A stretch of DNA of 64,000 nucleotides from an uncultured Chloroflexia bacterium (GTDB lineage Bacteria; Chloroflexota; Limnocylindria; QHBO01), in the NCBI GenBank assembly GCA_963771155.1, contig CAVYSK010000012.1, positions 203,504 through 267,503 of the forward strand, written 5' to 3'. Positions within the stretch are counted from its first letter, which is position 1. The number at the start of each line of letters is the position of its first letter. The notes under the pieces are model-generated. The model did not search any database. It had not been told where the DNA came from and saw only the letters and a list, made by a program, of their open reading frames with translations. Both the position numbers and the translations under genes were made by a program. Below are positions 1 to 8,555 of the stretch, one piece after another.

Positions 1-414
1 GGCGCGGCCGGAGTAGTTGAAGCAGATGTTGAGGGTCATCCGGCTGCCACTCGACGTGCGCTCCTCGGCGGCACGGATCGAGCGCTGGACATCGGCCGGC
101 GCCTCGTGCAGGCGGCCGATGACGCGAACACGCACCCCCTCGGCGATCAGCTCATCGGTGTACTGGCGGACCGCGCCGTCGATGAGGCCGAACAGCCCGG
201 ACACCTCGTCACCGGGCCGGGTCCAGTTCTCGGTGCTGAACGTGTAGACCGACAGCGTCCCCACTCCGCGATCCCGGGCGCGGCGCACGATCGGCCGCAT
301 CGCCTCGATGCCCTGGACGTGGCCGGCGAGGACCGGCAGGCCACGGTCACGTGCCCAGCGACGGTTGCCGTCGGCGATGATTGCGACGTGTCGCGCTCGG
401 GCCGCGTCCGACAC
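1..414 (-). CDS. uppS: Undecaprenyl/isoprenyl diphosphate synthase (cis-prenyltransferase); C-terminal part lies beyond the window start
   Basis: Manual minus-strand translation from GTG at 414 gives VSDAARARHVAIIADGNRRWARDRGLPVLAGHVQGIEAMRPIV...LSVYTFSTENWTRP, with the DGNRRWA and FSTENW signatures. It starts 3 nt after the frr stop. It is not in the ORF track because no stop falls inside the window. Confidence 0.85.
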   Translation of the reverse strand, partial: MSDAARARHVAIIADGNRRWARDRGLPVLAGHVQGIEAMRPIVRRARDRGVGTLSVYTFSTENWTRPGDEVSGLFGLIDGAVRQYTDELIAEGVRVRVIGRLHEAPADVQRSIRAAEERTSSGSRMTLNICFNYSGRA

Positions 415-417
415 GCG

Positions 418-975
418 TCAGACCTCCAGGATCTCGGTTTCCTTGCGGTCGGCGCGGCTGTCGACGGCCTCGATGTATCGGTCCGTCAGCCGCTGCAGAT
501 TCTCGAGCTCGCGCCGCTCCTCATCCTCGGACAGGTCACCATCGCGAAGGGCCTTCTTCAGATGGTCGGCGGCCTCGCGCCGGTGGTTGCGCACTTCGAC
601 GCGCGCCTCCTCGGTGCGGCGGCGGACCTGCTTCACCATCTCTCGTCGCCGCTCTTCGGTCAGGGGCGGGACGTTGAGGCGAACCACGGTACCGTCGACG
701 TTCGGCACGAGCCCGATGTCGCTCTTCGTGATCGCCTTCTCGATCGCCGACAAGACCGACCGGTCCCAGGGCTGGATGACGATGAGGTGCGCATCGGGGG
801 TGCTGATGCCGGCGACCTGGTTCAGCGGCGTCTGGGTCCCGTAATAGTCAACAGCGATGCGCTCGACGAGAGCGGTCGAGGCCCGACCGGTGCGAACTCC
901 GGAAAAGTCGCGCTCCATCGCCTCGACGGCGCGCTGCATCTTCGGTTCGATGGCGGTGAGCGCCTCGTGCGTCAT
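418..975 (-). CDS. frr: Ribosome recycling factor
   Basis: 185-aa ORF, RRF-like over its full length ([37 protein letters not shown]). It has a 4-nt overlap with pyrH and sits in the conserved pyrH-frr-uppS order. Confidence 0.95.
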   Translation of the reverse strand: MTHEALTAIEPKMQRAVEAMERDFSGVRTGRASTALVERIAVDYYGTQTPLNQVAGISTPDAHLIVIQPWDRSVLSAIEKAITKSDIGLVPNVDGTVVRLNVPPLTEERRREMVKQVRRRTEEARVEVRNHRREAADHLKKALRDGDLSEDEERRELENLQRLTDRYIEAVDSRADRKETEILEV

Positions 976-1718
976 CGAGTCTCCTCTCCTGAGATCAGCG
1001 TCCCGATCGCCTCGCCACGGACGGCCCGCGCGATGTTGCCGGGGACGGTCATGTCGAACACGACGATCGGCATCTCGTTGTCCATCGCAAGACTGACGGC
1101 GGTCGCGTCCAGCGCCTGGAGGCGGTTGCTCAGCAGCTCGGTGTACCCGATGGTCTCGAAGCGCTGCGCGCCCGGATGGGTTTCCGGGTCGGCATCGTAC
1201 ACCCCGTCCACGCGGGTCGCCTTGAGGATCACCTGGGCATGCACCTCGACCGCCCGCAGCGTGGCCGCGGTGTCCGTGGTGAAGTACGGGTTGCCGGTGC
1301 CGGCGACCATGACGACGATCCGACCCTTCTCGAGATGCCGGACGGCGCGCCGGCGGATGTACGGCTCGCAGATCTCGTTCATGGCGATGGCGCTCATCAC
1401 GCGGGTCGGGTGCCCGACCTGTTCGAGAGCGTCCTGGATGGCGAGCCCGTTCATCACCGTCGCCAGCATGCCCATGTAGTCACCGGTCGACCGGTCCATG
1501 CCCCGCGCACTGGCGGCCAGCCCGCGGAAGATGTTCCCGCCACCGACGACGATCGCCACCTGGGTGCCGTCCGAGGCGGCATCGGCCACCTGGCCGGCGA
1601 TCTCCCGGACCACGTCCGGGTCGATCCCGTACTCGTGGTCCCCCATCAGCGCCTCACCGGAAAGCTTGAGCAGCACCCGGCGAGGCGCCTCGGCCGCCAC
1701 GGGGGCGGGATCGGCCAT
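972..1718 (-). CDS. pyrH: UMP kinase
   Basis: 248-aa ORF with [19 protein letters not shown] and [16 protein letters not shown] motifs of the amino acid kinase/UMPK family. Confidence 0.95.
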   Translation of the reverse strand: MADPAPVAAEAPRRVLLKLSGEALMGDHEYGIDPDVVREIAGQVADAASDGTQVAIVVGGGNIFRGLAASARGMDRSTGDYMGMLATVMNGLAIQDALEQVGHPTRVMSAIAMNEICEPYIRRRAVRHLEKGRIVVMVAGTGNPYFTTDTAATLRAVEVHAQVILKATRVDGVYDADPETHPGAQRFETIGYTELLSNRLQALDATAVSLAMDNEMPIVVFDMTVPGNIARAVRGEAIGTLISGEETR

Positions 1719-1721
1719 CGG

Positions 1722-2354
1722 TCAGGCGGCCTCGTCGGTGTCGGCCGGAGCCGTCTCGCCGACGGCCATGCGGACGAACCGGGCGACCTTGATGTTCTCG
1801 CCGAGCAGGGCCACCTTCTCGGTGATCAGGTCGACGACCTTCTTGTCCGTGTCGCGGTACGGCTGCTCGAGCAGGCAGATCGTCTCCAGCCACTTGTTGA
1901 GCTTGCCCTCCACGATCATCGGGACGCGGTCGGCCGGGCGGCCGTCTCGCTCCGCATCGACTGCGAAGAGGCGCTTCTGCTCCTCGATGAGCTCGGCGGG
2001 AACGTCCTCGCGGCTCACGTACAGCGGCGTCATTCCGGCGATCTGCATCGCCAGCTCGCGCGCCAGCTGCTGAAAGTCCTCGGTGCGGGCCACGAAGTCC
2101 GTCTCGCAGTTCAACTCGAGGAGGACGCCCAGCCGCGCCCCGTGGTGGATGTAGCTCTGGATGATGCCCTCGCGGGCGACGCGACCGGCCTTCTTGGCGG
2201 CCGTCGACAGGCCCTTCTCGCGCAGCCACATGACGGCCTTGTCGTAGTCGCCGCCACTCTCCTCGAGCGACCGCTTGCAGTCCATGATGCCGGCCCCGGT
2301 CTGCTCACGGAGCTTCTTCACGTCCTCGGGCTTGATCATCAGCGTGTTGGTCAT
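1722..2354 (-). CDS. tsf: Elongation factor Ts (short form)
   Basis: 210-aa ORF with N-terminal VKKLREQTGAGIMDCKRSLEESGGDYDKAVMWLREKG and ELNCETDFVART. It lies directly downstream of rpsB. Confidence 0.95.
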   Translation of the reverse strand: MTNTLMIKPEDVKKLREQTGAGIMDCKRSLEESGGDYDKAVMWLREKGLSTAAKKAGRVAREGIIQSYIHHGARLGVLLELNCETDFVARTEDFQQLARELAMQIAGMTPLYVSREDVPAELIEEQKRLFAVDAERDGRPADRVPMIVEGKLNKWLETICLLEQPYRDTDKKVVDLITEKVALLGENIKVARFVRMAVGETAPADTDEAA

Positions 2355-2372
2355 GTTCCTTCCTGCCTCGGC

Positions 2373-3308
2373 CTACGGGCGGGGCTCCTTCGCGTGCTCG
2401 TCGATCAATCGCTCGTGCTGTCGATCGGGATCGTGCTCGGGCTCGCCCTCTTCGATGTGGGCGGCGCGACGGGCTCGTGCCTTGCGCTCCTCTTCCTCGT
2501 CGTCCTCCGGCTCCGGCTCGAAGACGAGCGCCTCACCTGAAGCGAGGGCCGCGCTGTAGTCGGCATCGCTCGTCAGCGTGCTCTCATCGACCGGTGGCAT
2601 TGCCTCGGCCTGCTCGAACTCCTCGTCGAGCTGCGCCTGGCGTTCCTGCTGGGCGCTGAGGGCGGCTTCCGCAACGAGCCCGCAGATCAGCTTCACCGAG
2701 CGGATCGCGTCGTCGTTGGCTGGGATGACCCAGTCGACCTGGTCGGGATCGCAGTTCGTGTCGGTCATCGCCACGATCGGGATCTCGAGACGCCGCGCCT
2801 CCGCCACCGCGATCGACTCGCGATGCGGGTCGACGATGAACACCGCTCCCGGCAGCCGTCGCATCTTGCGGATGCCGCCCAGGGCCGCGTCGAGCTTGGT
2901 GATCTCGTCGTTGAGCTTCGAGGCCTCCTTCTTCGTGAGGCGCTCGAACTCGCCGGAGTCCCGTCGGGCCTCGAGTGCCTCGAGGCGCTGGATGCGGCGC
3001 TTGATCGTCATGAAGTTCGTGAGCATGCCGCCGAGCCAGCGGGTGTTCACGTAGTGCTGGCCCGATCGCTGCGCCGCTTCGGACAGCGCTTCCTGTGCCT
3101 GCTTCTTCGTTCCGACGAACAGGACGCTGTCGCCGCGGCGGACCGTCTCGCGCACAAAGTCGAGCGCCTCCTCGAGGCGCGTCACCGTCTGGGCAAGGTC
3201 GATGATGTGGATCCCGTTGCGCTCGGCGAAGATGAACTCGCGCATCTTCGGGTTCCAGCGCCGGGTCTGATGCCCGAAGTGGACGCCCGCTTCGAGCAGC
3301 TGCTTCAT
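2373..3308 (-). CDS. rpsB: 30S ribosomal protein S2 with an acidic C-terminal extension of about 85 aa
   Basis: Internal ATG at 3308 ([27 protein letters not shown]) is preceded by GGAGG. The 148 codons upstream of it in the 459-aa track ORF are Arg/Gly/Ser-rich and not S2-like. Confidence 0.93.
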   Translation of the reverse strand: MKQLLEAGVHFGHQTRRWNPKMREFIFAERNGIHIIDLAQTVTRLEEALDFVRETVRRGDSVLFVGTKKQAQEALSEAAQRSGQHYVNTRWLGGMLTNFMTIKRRIQRLEALEARRDSGEFERLTKKEASKLNDEITKLDAALGGIRKMRRLPGAVFIVDPHRESIAVAEARRLEIPIVAMTDTNCDPDQVDWVIPANDDAIRSVKLICGLVAEAALSAQQERQAQLDEEFEQAEAMPPVDESTLTSDADYSAALASGEALVFEPEPEDDEEEERKARARRAAHIEEGEPEHDPDRQHERLIDEHAKEPRP

Positions 3309-3618
3309 GCTGGTGGCAGCCAAGAAATACCTCCGGTTGTTCCTCCGCCCGATGGTGGTTCTCCCGGGTCGACCCTCGCAACGCGAGGGCACCGACGACC
3401 AGCAGGATCCGCCGAGCGTGTGAGATGGGGTGCTCACGCCGATGCGCGAGCCAGAGAAGTATACCAGTTCGGCTCGCTCAGCCCGACCGCCCCCAGGTGA
3501 ACCGGACCGCACCACACGGTACCGAAGTACTCCCCTGCCCTCCGCAAGTACCTTGACCCTCCGGTGATCGCTCCTAGCATCGGCCCGCCCGAGACGCCCA
3601 TGCAGGAGGACCGATCCG

Positions 3619-4764
3619 TTGCTGTCCCGCTCCAGATCCGTCACCACCACTGCCGGCCTCGTCGGCGCACTCGTCACCGCTCTCCTGGCAGTCCCGTTCC
3701 TCGGGCAGGCCGTGCTCGCCACGGACGAGGTCGTCGTCCGTCCGGGTGACACGCTGACATCGATCTCCCGCCGTCACGACGTATCGATCGAGCGGCTCGT
3801 CGAGCTCAATCGGCTCGCGAACCCGAATCGCATCTACGTCGGGCAGCGGCTGCAGCTCACGACGGCGCCCGCGGCGAGCCCCGCGTCCGCGCCGGCCGCG
3901 CCGAAGCCGGAAGCTCGTCCCGAGCGCCGCCACACGGTGCGCGCCGGCGAGCACCTGACGCGCATCTCTCGCCACTACGGGGTGACGATCGCGGCCATCG
4001 TGGCCGCCAATCGGCTGGCCGATCCGAGCCGCATCTACGCCGGGCAGACCCTCACGATCCCGGGAGTGGCCGCGCCCGCGCCGAAGCCGGCCGCCGATGC
4101 GAAGCCCGCGCCCGCGCCGGCCGCGCCGAAGCCGGAAGCTCGTCCCGAGCGCCGCCACACCGTGCGCGCCGGCGAGCACCTGACGCGCATCTCTCGCCAC
4201 TACGGGGTGACGATCGCGGCCATCGTGGCCGCCAATCGGCTGGCCGATCCGAGCCGCATCTACGCCGGCCAGACCCTCACGATCCCGGGCGTCGCCGCGC
4301 CCGCACCGACGCCTGCCGCCGGCGGTGGGGCCACGATGCCGGCCTCGATGGCGGCCATGGTCGCGGAGCGCGATGCCGTCCGGCGCGTGATCGTCGAGGA
4401 GGCGAAGCGGTTCGGCGTGCCGGGCGCTCTCGCCCTGGCGGTCGCCTGGCAGGAGTCCGGCTGGCGGCAGGACGTCGTCAGCAGGGCGGGCGCGGTCGGC
4501 GTCATGCAGCTGCTGCCGGCGACCGGCGAATGGGTCGGCGAGGCGATGCTCCGGAGCGCCGTGAACATCCACGACCTCCGCGGCAACGTGCGCGCCGGCG
4601 TCCGCCTACTGGCCCATTATCTCGACCGGTACGATGGGAGCCGAGACCTCGTCCTGGCCGCGTACTACCAGGGCCAGACGGCCGCCGATCGCCACGGGGT
4701 GTATCGCGTCAGCCGGCCGTACATTGCATCGATCAAGGTGCTCGAAGTCCTGTTCGGAGGCTGA
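3619..4764 (+). CDS. Secreted peptidoglycan lytic transglycosylase (SLT domain) with three LysM repeats
   Basis: TTG start at 3619 lies 8 nt after AGGAGGA. Signal-like N-terminus ([21 protein letters not shown]). Three LysM units (xVxxGDTL/GEHLxxISRxxxVxxxxxxxxNxLxxPxxIYxGQxLxI). C-terminal AVAWQESGW...GVMQLLP...AAYYQG matches the SLT active-site region. Confidence 0.9.
   Translation: MLSRSRSVTTTAGLVGALVTALLAVPFLGQAVLATDEVVVRPGDTLTSISRRHDVSIERLVELNRLANPNRIYVGQRLQLTTAPAASPASAPAAPKPEARPERRHTVRAGEHLTRISRHYGVTIAAIVAANRLADPSRIYAGQTLTIPGVAAPAPKPAADAKPAPAPAAPKPEARPERRHTVRAGEHLTRISRHYGVTIAAIVAANRLADPSRIYAGQTLTIPGVAAPAPTPAAGGGATMPASMAAMVAERDAVRRVIVEEAKRFGVPGALALAVAWQESGWRQDVVSRAGAVGVMQLLPATGEWVGEAMLRSAVNIHDLRGNVRAGVRLLAHYLDRYDGSRDLVLAAYYQGQTAADRHGVYRVSRPYIASIKVLEVLFGG
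3891..4340 (+). repeat. In-frame tandem duplication, period 225 bp (75 aa), two near-identical copies of the linker plus LysM unit
   Basis: Direct comparison of 3891-4080 with 4116-4305. They are identical except four third-codon-position changes (acg/acc, ggg/ggc, gga/ggc, gtg/gtc), and the copies diverge after about 195 nt. Confidence 0.95.
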
Positions 4765-4767
4765 GGG

Positions 4768-5142
4768 TCAGGCCACGTCGATCCCCTCCGTGCGTCGCAC
4801 GCGCCACCGGTAAGCCACGCCCGGGATCGGCTCGGCGGTGACGAGGTCGACCCGCAGCCCTGCGTGAGGCGGTGCGGTCGGGGCCACCGCGGCCAGCGTG
4901 TGTCGCAACCGGTCCACCCGGCGGCGGTCGACCGACTCGGCTGCCGAGCCGGTCCGCGCGGTGCGTCGGGCACGGACTTCGATGGCGACGAGGATCGCCT
5001 TGCGGTCGATCGCCACGATGTCGACCTCACCGCCCGACGGCGCTCGCGTCCGTCGCGACAGGATCGTCCAGCCGGCCCCACGCAGCCAGTCGGCGACGCA
5101 GCCCTCGATTGCTTGCCCCAGGGCGTGACGAGGATCGCTCAT
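4768..5142 (-). CDS. yraN: YraN-family (UPF0102) endonuclease-like protein
   Basis: 124-aa ORF with GQAIEGCVADWLRGAGWTILSRR...GGEVDIVAIDRKAILVAIEVRARR, the typical YraN core. It sits next to rnhB, as in many bacteria. Confidence 0.8.
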   Translation of the reverse strand: MSDPRHALGQAIEGCVADWLRGAGWTILSRRTRAPSGGEVDIVAIDRKAILVAIEVRARRTARTGSAAESVDRRRVDRLRHTLAAVAPTAPPHAGLRVDLVTAEPIPGVAYRWRVRRTEGIDVA

Positions 5143-5179
5143 GGAGCGCTCATCCTCGCGGCGACCGATTACCGGCGCC

Positions 5180-5908
5180 TCATCCCTCGCTTACCGCGGC
5201 CAGCGCAGGAACGAGCAGCGCGTCGAGGTTCTCGGGCGGCAGCTCGAGCTCGAGCTGCTCGCCGATTGCGATGGCCCGGACGCGCGCAAACGAGCGGCGG
5301 TGGAACGGCGTGATCCCGTGCTCCTCGATCCCCCGCCGGTGGTCGAACGTCGCGTACCCGGCGTTGTGCTCCCATCCGTAGTTCGGGTAGCGACTCGCCA
5401 GGCGCTCCATCAGGCGATCCCGAACCACCTTGGCCACGATCGAGGCGGCGGCGATGGAGTAGCAGCGGGCGTCGCCATGGACGATGGCCGTGTACGAGCC
5501 GATGACGTCCTCGAACCGATACACGCGGAGTCCGTCGATCAGGACGTGCTCGCGCTCCTCGATCCGACAGATCGCGCGGCGCATGGCCAGGTTGGTGGCG
5601 TGGTAGATGTTCAGCCTGTCGATCTCCGCCACGCTGGCCGCCCCCAGCCCGACCGCGATCGCGCTTCGGCGGATCTTCGGGTACAGCCGCTCGCGCTGCG
5701 CCCGCGACAGCATCTTCGAGTCACGAACGCCGAGGATGCGCCGCCCGTAGGCCGGCATCACCACCGCCGCGGCCAGGACAGGTCCGCTCAGGCAGGCGAC
5801 GCCCACCGCATCGGCCCCGACGATCATGTTCCGACCGGCACCCCAATGGGCGCGCTCGACCCGGGTGGACGGCTTGACGATGCGCTGGGATCGCCGGGAA
5901 ACGGTCAC
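5180..5908 (-). CDS. rnhB: Ribonuclease HII (divergent N-terminal active-site motif); the start may instead be the ATG at 5827
   Basis: DSKMLS, LIDG, IAAASIVAKVVRD and YGWEHNAGYAT motifs of the RNase HII family. The first motif reads GADAVGVACLSGPV instead of GxDEAGRGxLxGPV. Confidence 0.85.
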   Translation of the reverse strand: MTVSRRSQRIVKPSTRVERAHWGAGRNMIVGADAVGVACLSGPVLAAAVVMPAYGRRILGVRDSKMLSRAQRERLYPKIRRSAIAVGLGAASVAEIDRLNIYHATNLAMRRAICRIEEREHVLIDGLRVYRFEDVIGSYTAIVHGDARCYSIAAASIVAKVVRDRLMERLASRYPNYGWEHNAGYATFDHRRGIEEHGITPFHRRSFARVRAIAIGEQLELELPPENLDALLVPALAAVSEG

Positions 5909-5976
5909 GACCTCAGTCTATCGAGACCGATGATCGGCCGGAGGCGTGGCGCGACCCGACCTCGGGCCGCGGCGGC

Positions 5977-6324
5977 TCAGTTGGAGCGGCGCTCGCGGAG
6001 CGTGGCTGCCTTGCCGACGCGATCGCGAAGGAAATACAGCTGTGCGCGTCGTGCAACGCCGTGACGAACCACCTCGATCCTGTCGATGCGCGGGGCGTGC
6101 ACCATGAAGGTGCGCTCGACGCCGACGCCGCTCGCGATGCGGCGGACGGTGATCTGCCGGTTGAGCCCACCGCCACGCATGCGCATCACGGTGCCCTCGA
6201 AGATCTGGATCCGCTCACGGTTGCCCTCCACCACCTTCACCGCGACGCGAACCGTGTCGCCGGGGGCGATCTCCGGGACGTCGGTGCGGAGCTGCTCGCG
6301 CTCGAGCTCCTTGATGGCGTTCAT
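5977..6324 (-). CDS. rplS: 50S ribosomal protein L19
   Basis: 115-aa ORF with [46 protein letters not shown]. It lies downstream of trmD. Confidence 0.96.
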   Translation of the reverse strand: MNAIKELEREQLRTDVPEIAPGDTVRVAVKVVEGNRERIQIFEGTVMRMRGGGLNRQITVRRIASGVGVERTFMVHAPRIDRIEVVRHGVARRAQLYFLRDRVGKAATLRERRSN

Positions 6325-6450
6325 CCTGGGGGCGACCTCGTTATCGCGGGCCTGGCCCGCGGCTCATGACGTGACACACGAACGCGACCGCCTGGCGCGG
6401 CCGCGACCGGCGGAGTATACCAGCGCCTCCTTCGAGCGGGCAAGGCGGGC

Positions 6451-7168
6451 TCACTCGTCCGCTAGCGACGCCAGGAACCGACGATCGTCCTCGTCTAGCG
6501 GTGCGTTCTCGAGCAGGTCGGGGCGGCGCTGCCTCGTGCGGCGCAGGGCCTCGTGGCGACGCCAGCGATCGACCTCGCCATGGTTGCCCGACAGCAGGAT
6601 CGGCGGCACGCCAAGGTCGCGATAGGTCTCCGGGCGCGTGTACTGCGGATACTCCGAGCAGCCCGGATGCGAAGGAGTCGCCCTCGTGGGACGCCTGGCT
6701 GATCGCCCCGGGGAGCAGGCGGACGATGCTGTCGATGAGCACCAGAGCAGGGAGCTCGCCACCGGTGAGGACGTAGTCGCCGATGCTCACCTCGCGGTCG
6801 ACGATCGTGCGGACGCGGTCGTCGATCCCCTCGTAGCGGCCACAGACAAGCGCCAGGTGCGGCACCGTCGCCAGCTCCCGGGCCAGCGCATCGGTCAGGC
6901 GGTCGCCGGCGGGATCGAGGAGCACGACCTGGGCGCCGGCGGCCCGGAGCGGCTCGATCGCCGCGAAGAGCGGCTCCGGGCGCATGACCATTCCCGCGCC
7001 GCCGCCATACGGCTCGTCGTCGACGGTGCGGTGGCGCCCGAGGCCGTGCTCGCGCAGGTCGCGAACGCCGATCTCCACGACGCCTGCCTCAACGGCACGG
7101 CCGATGATCGAGGTGCGCAGCGGAACGTCCACCAGCTCGGGAAAGATCGTGACGACGTCGATTCGCAT
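6451..7168 (-). pseudogene. trmD: tRNA (guanine37-N1)-methyltransferase TrmD, reading frame interrupted by one extra G near 6654-6655
   Basis: Codons 1-171 of ORF 6341..7168 are canonical TrmD (MRIDVVTIFPE...DDEPYGGGAGMVM...GRYEGIDDRV...SFASGLL). The canonical C-terminus [48 protein letters not shown] is in the frame of ORF 6451..6762. The junction sequence is ctgctcGgagtat. Confidence 0.9.
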
Positions 7169-7651
7169 CAGCTCACCTCCTCCGCCTCGTCCGGAGCGAC
7201 GGTCATGCGCCCCGCGGCAAGGTCGATGTCCAGCACGCTGGTGCGCAGGGCCGGGATCAGGCGCTCACCGCGCGGTGCCCACCACCCGGTACACCTCGTT
7301 GCCACCGGCACGGAAGATCTCGACCAGCTCTCCGACCGCGGCGCCGTCGGGCTCGACCACTGCGAGGCCGATGAGCTGGTCCCAGTAGTACTCGCCCTCC
7401 GGAAGGGCCCTGGCCGGTGCTTCGAGGTACCGGCCCACGATGGCCTCGGCGGCCTCGCGGCTGTCGACGGTGTCCAGGTACACGACCGGGACGCGGCCGC
7501 CGGCCTCCACGCGGCTCACCCGCATCGGCTCGGCCGAGTTGTCGAGCCAGAGCTCCTCACCGACGGCCAGGCGTTCGGGCCAGTCCGTGAGCGGCTCGAC
7601 GCGCAGGCCGCCCTTCAGGCCCTTCGGACCGATGACCCTGGCGACCGCCAG
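7168..7651 (-). pseudogene. rimM: 16S rRNA processing protein RimM, frame interrupted near 7270; no canonical start codon for the conserved N-terminus
   Basis: Manual translation gives (L)AVARVIGPKGLKGGLRVEPLTDWPERLAVGEELWLD, continuing into ORF 7265..7525, which stops at VVGTAR*. The canonical C-terminus GERLIPALRTSVLDIDLAAGRMTVAPDEAEEVS continues in the +1 frame and ends in a TGA overlapping the trmD ATG. Confidence 0.8.
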
Positions 7652-7658
7652 GCGGCGA

Positions 7659-7898
7659 TCACTCGGCGTCGGAGACGATGTCGAGCTCGACGTGGCGACC
7701 GTCCCGGGCAGCCATCACGCGCAGCAGGCTGCGGATCGCGTTGGCGATCCGGCCGTCGCGACCGATGACGCGGCCCATGTCCTCCTGGTCGACGCCGAGG
7801 GTCAGCAGGGTCTCGTCGCCGTCGTCATCGACCTCCACCCAGACCGCGTCGGGCTTGTCGACCAGCGAGCGGGCGACGTACTCGAGGAACTCCTTCAC
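7659..7898 (-). CDS. KH-domain RNA-binding protein (YlqC/UPF0109 family)
   Basis: 79-aa ORF with VDKPDAV...LGVDQEDMGRVIGRDGRIANAIRSLLRV. It sits in the conserved position between rpsP and rimM. Confidence 0.9.
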   Translation of the reverse strand: MKEFLEYVARSLVDKPDAVWVEVDDDGDETLLTLGVDQEDMGRVIGRDGRIANAIRSLLRVMAARDGRHVELDIVSDAE

Positions 7899-8509
7899 GC
7901 GTCGGCCTTCTCAGCGTCGGCAGTTGCCTCGGCTGCCTCGGGCTCAGCTGCCTCGGGTTCGTTTGCCGGCTCCGGATCTGTGGTCGCTTCGGCCTCCGGC
8001 TCGCGGCGGCCTCCGGCTGCAGCGGCGGCCTCCGGCTCAGCAGCGGCCTCCGGCTCAGCAGCGGCCTCCGGCTCAGCGGCTGCCGTGTTCTCCGTGTCGG
8101 TCGTGGCCTTGCTCGACGCCGCCTTGGCCGCGGGCGTCGCATCGGCCGACTCGGCCGCCGGCGCCTCGGCGGTTGCCGCGGCCTTGGCTTGTGCCTTCTT
8201 CGAGGGCTTGGACGCTGCTGCGCGCGTGGCGCGCTTCGGCTTGGCTGGCGCGGCCTCGGGAGCGGCGGCCGCGCGCTCCGACTGGTGCATGAGCTTCACC
8301 ACGGTCTCCGAGGGCTGCGCGCCCTTGCTGATCCATGCCTGGATCTTGGCCGTGTCGAGCTGAACGGTGGCCGGCTCGGTGAGCGGATCGTAGTAACCGA
8401 GAATCTCGAGCGCGCGCCCGTCTCGCGAGCGGCGCCGGTCGATGGCGATGACGCGGTAGGCGGGCCGTTTCGTAGCCCCCACTCGCGTCAATCGGATGCG
8501 TACTGCCAA
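7895..8509 (-). CDS. rpsP: 30S ribosomal protein S16 with an Ala/Glu/Pro-rich C-terminal extension of about 120 aa
   Basis: TTG at 8509 gives (M)AVRIRLTRVGATKRPAYRVIAIDRRRSRDGRALEILGYYDPL, which is canonical S16. The upstream part of the 234-aa track ORF is not S16-like. The tail is low complexity. Confidence 0.9.
   Translation of the reverse strand: MAVRIRLTRVGATKRPAYRVIAIDRRRSRDGRALEILGYYDPLTEPATVQLDTAKIQAWISKGAQPSETVVKLMHQSERAAAAPEAAPAKPKRATRAAASKPSKKAQAKAAATAEAPAAESADATPAAKAASSKATTDTENTAAAEPEAAAEPEAAAEPEAAAAAGGRREPEAEATTDPEPANEPEAAEPEAAEATADAEKADA
7991..8080 (-). repeat. About five tandem units of an 18-bp repeat (ggcctccggctcagcagc on the plus strand) encoding (AAEPEA)n in the S16 tail
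   Basis: Read directly. There are three perfect or near-perfect units at 8027-8080 and two degenerate units at 7991-8026. Confidence 0.85.
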
Positions 8510-8555
8510 GGGTGTGCGTACCTCGTTATGGGTTGGCGAACACAGGTCTGCCGTC

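Noticed and set aside
106-1479. Very long plus-strand ORFs antisense to the housekeeping genes. Examples: 106..1479, 1176..2540, 8796..11087 (763 aa), 12663..14723 (686 aa), 35183..37195 (670 aa), 38706..40868 (720 aa), 48169..49926 (585 aa).
   Set aside because: Their translations are Arg/Ala/Pro/Gly/Ser-rich low-complexity strings with no recognisable motifs. The opposite strand encodes full-length, motif-bearing conserved proteins. Long stop-free antisense frames are expected at this G+C content.
3309-3618. 310-bp divergent region between rpsB and the LysM gene, considered for a structured rpsB leader RNA. It contains the hairpin CCCTCGC-aac-GCGAGGG around 3368-3390.
   Set aside because: I know of no motif for it outside the proteobacterial S2 leader. 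One short hairpin is not enough to call an element.
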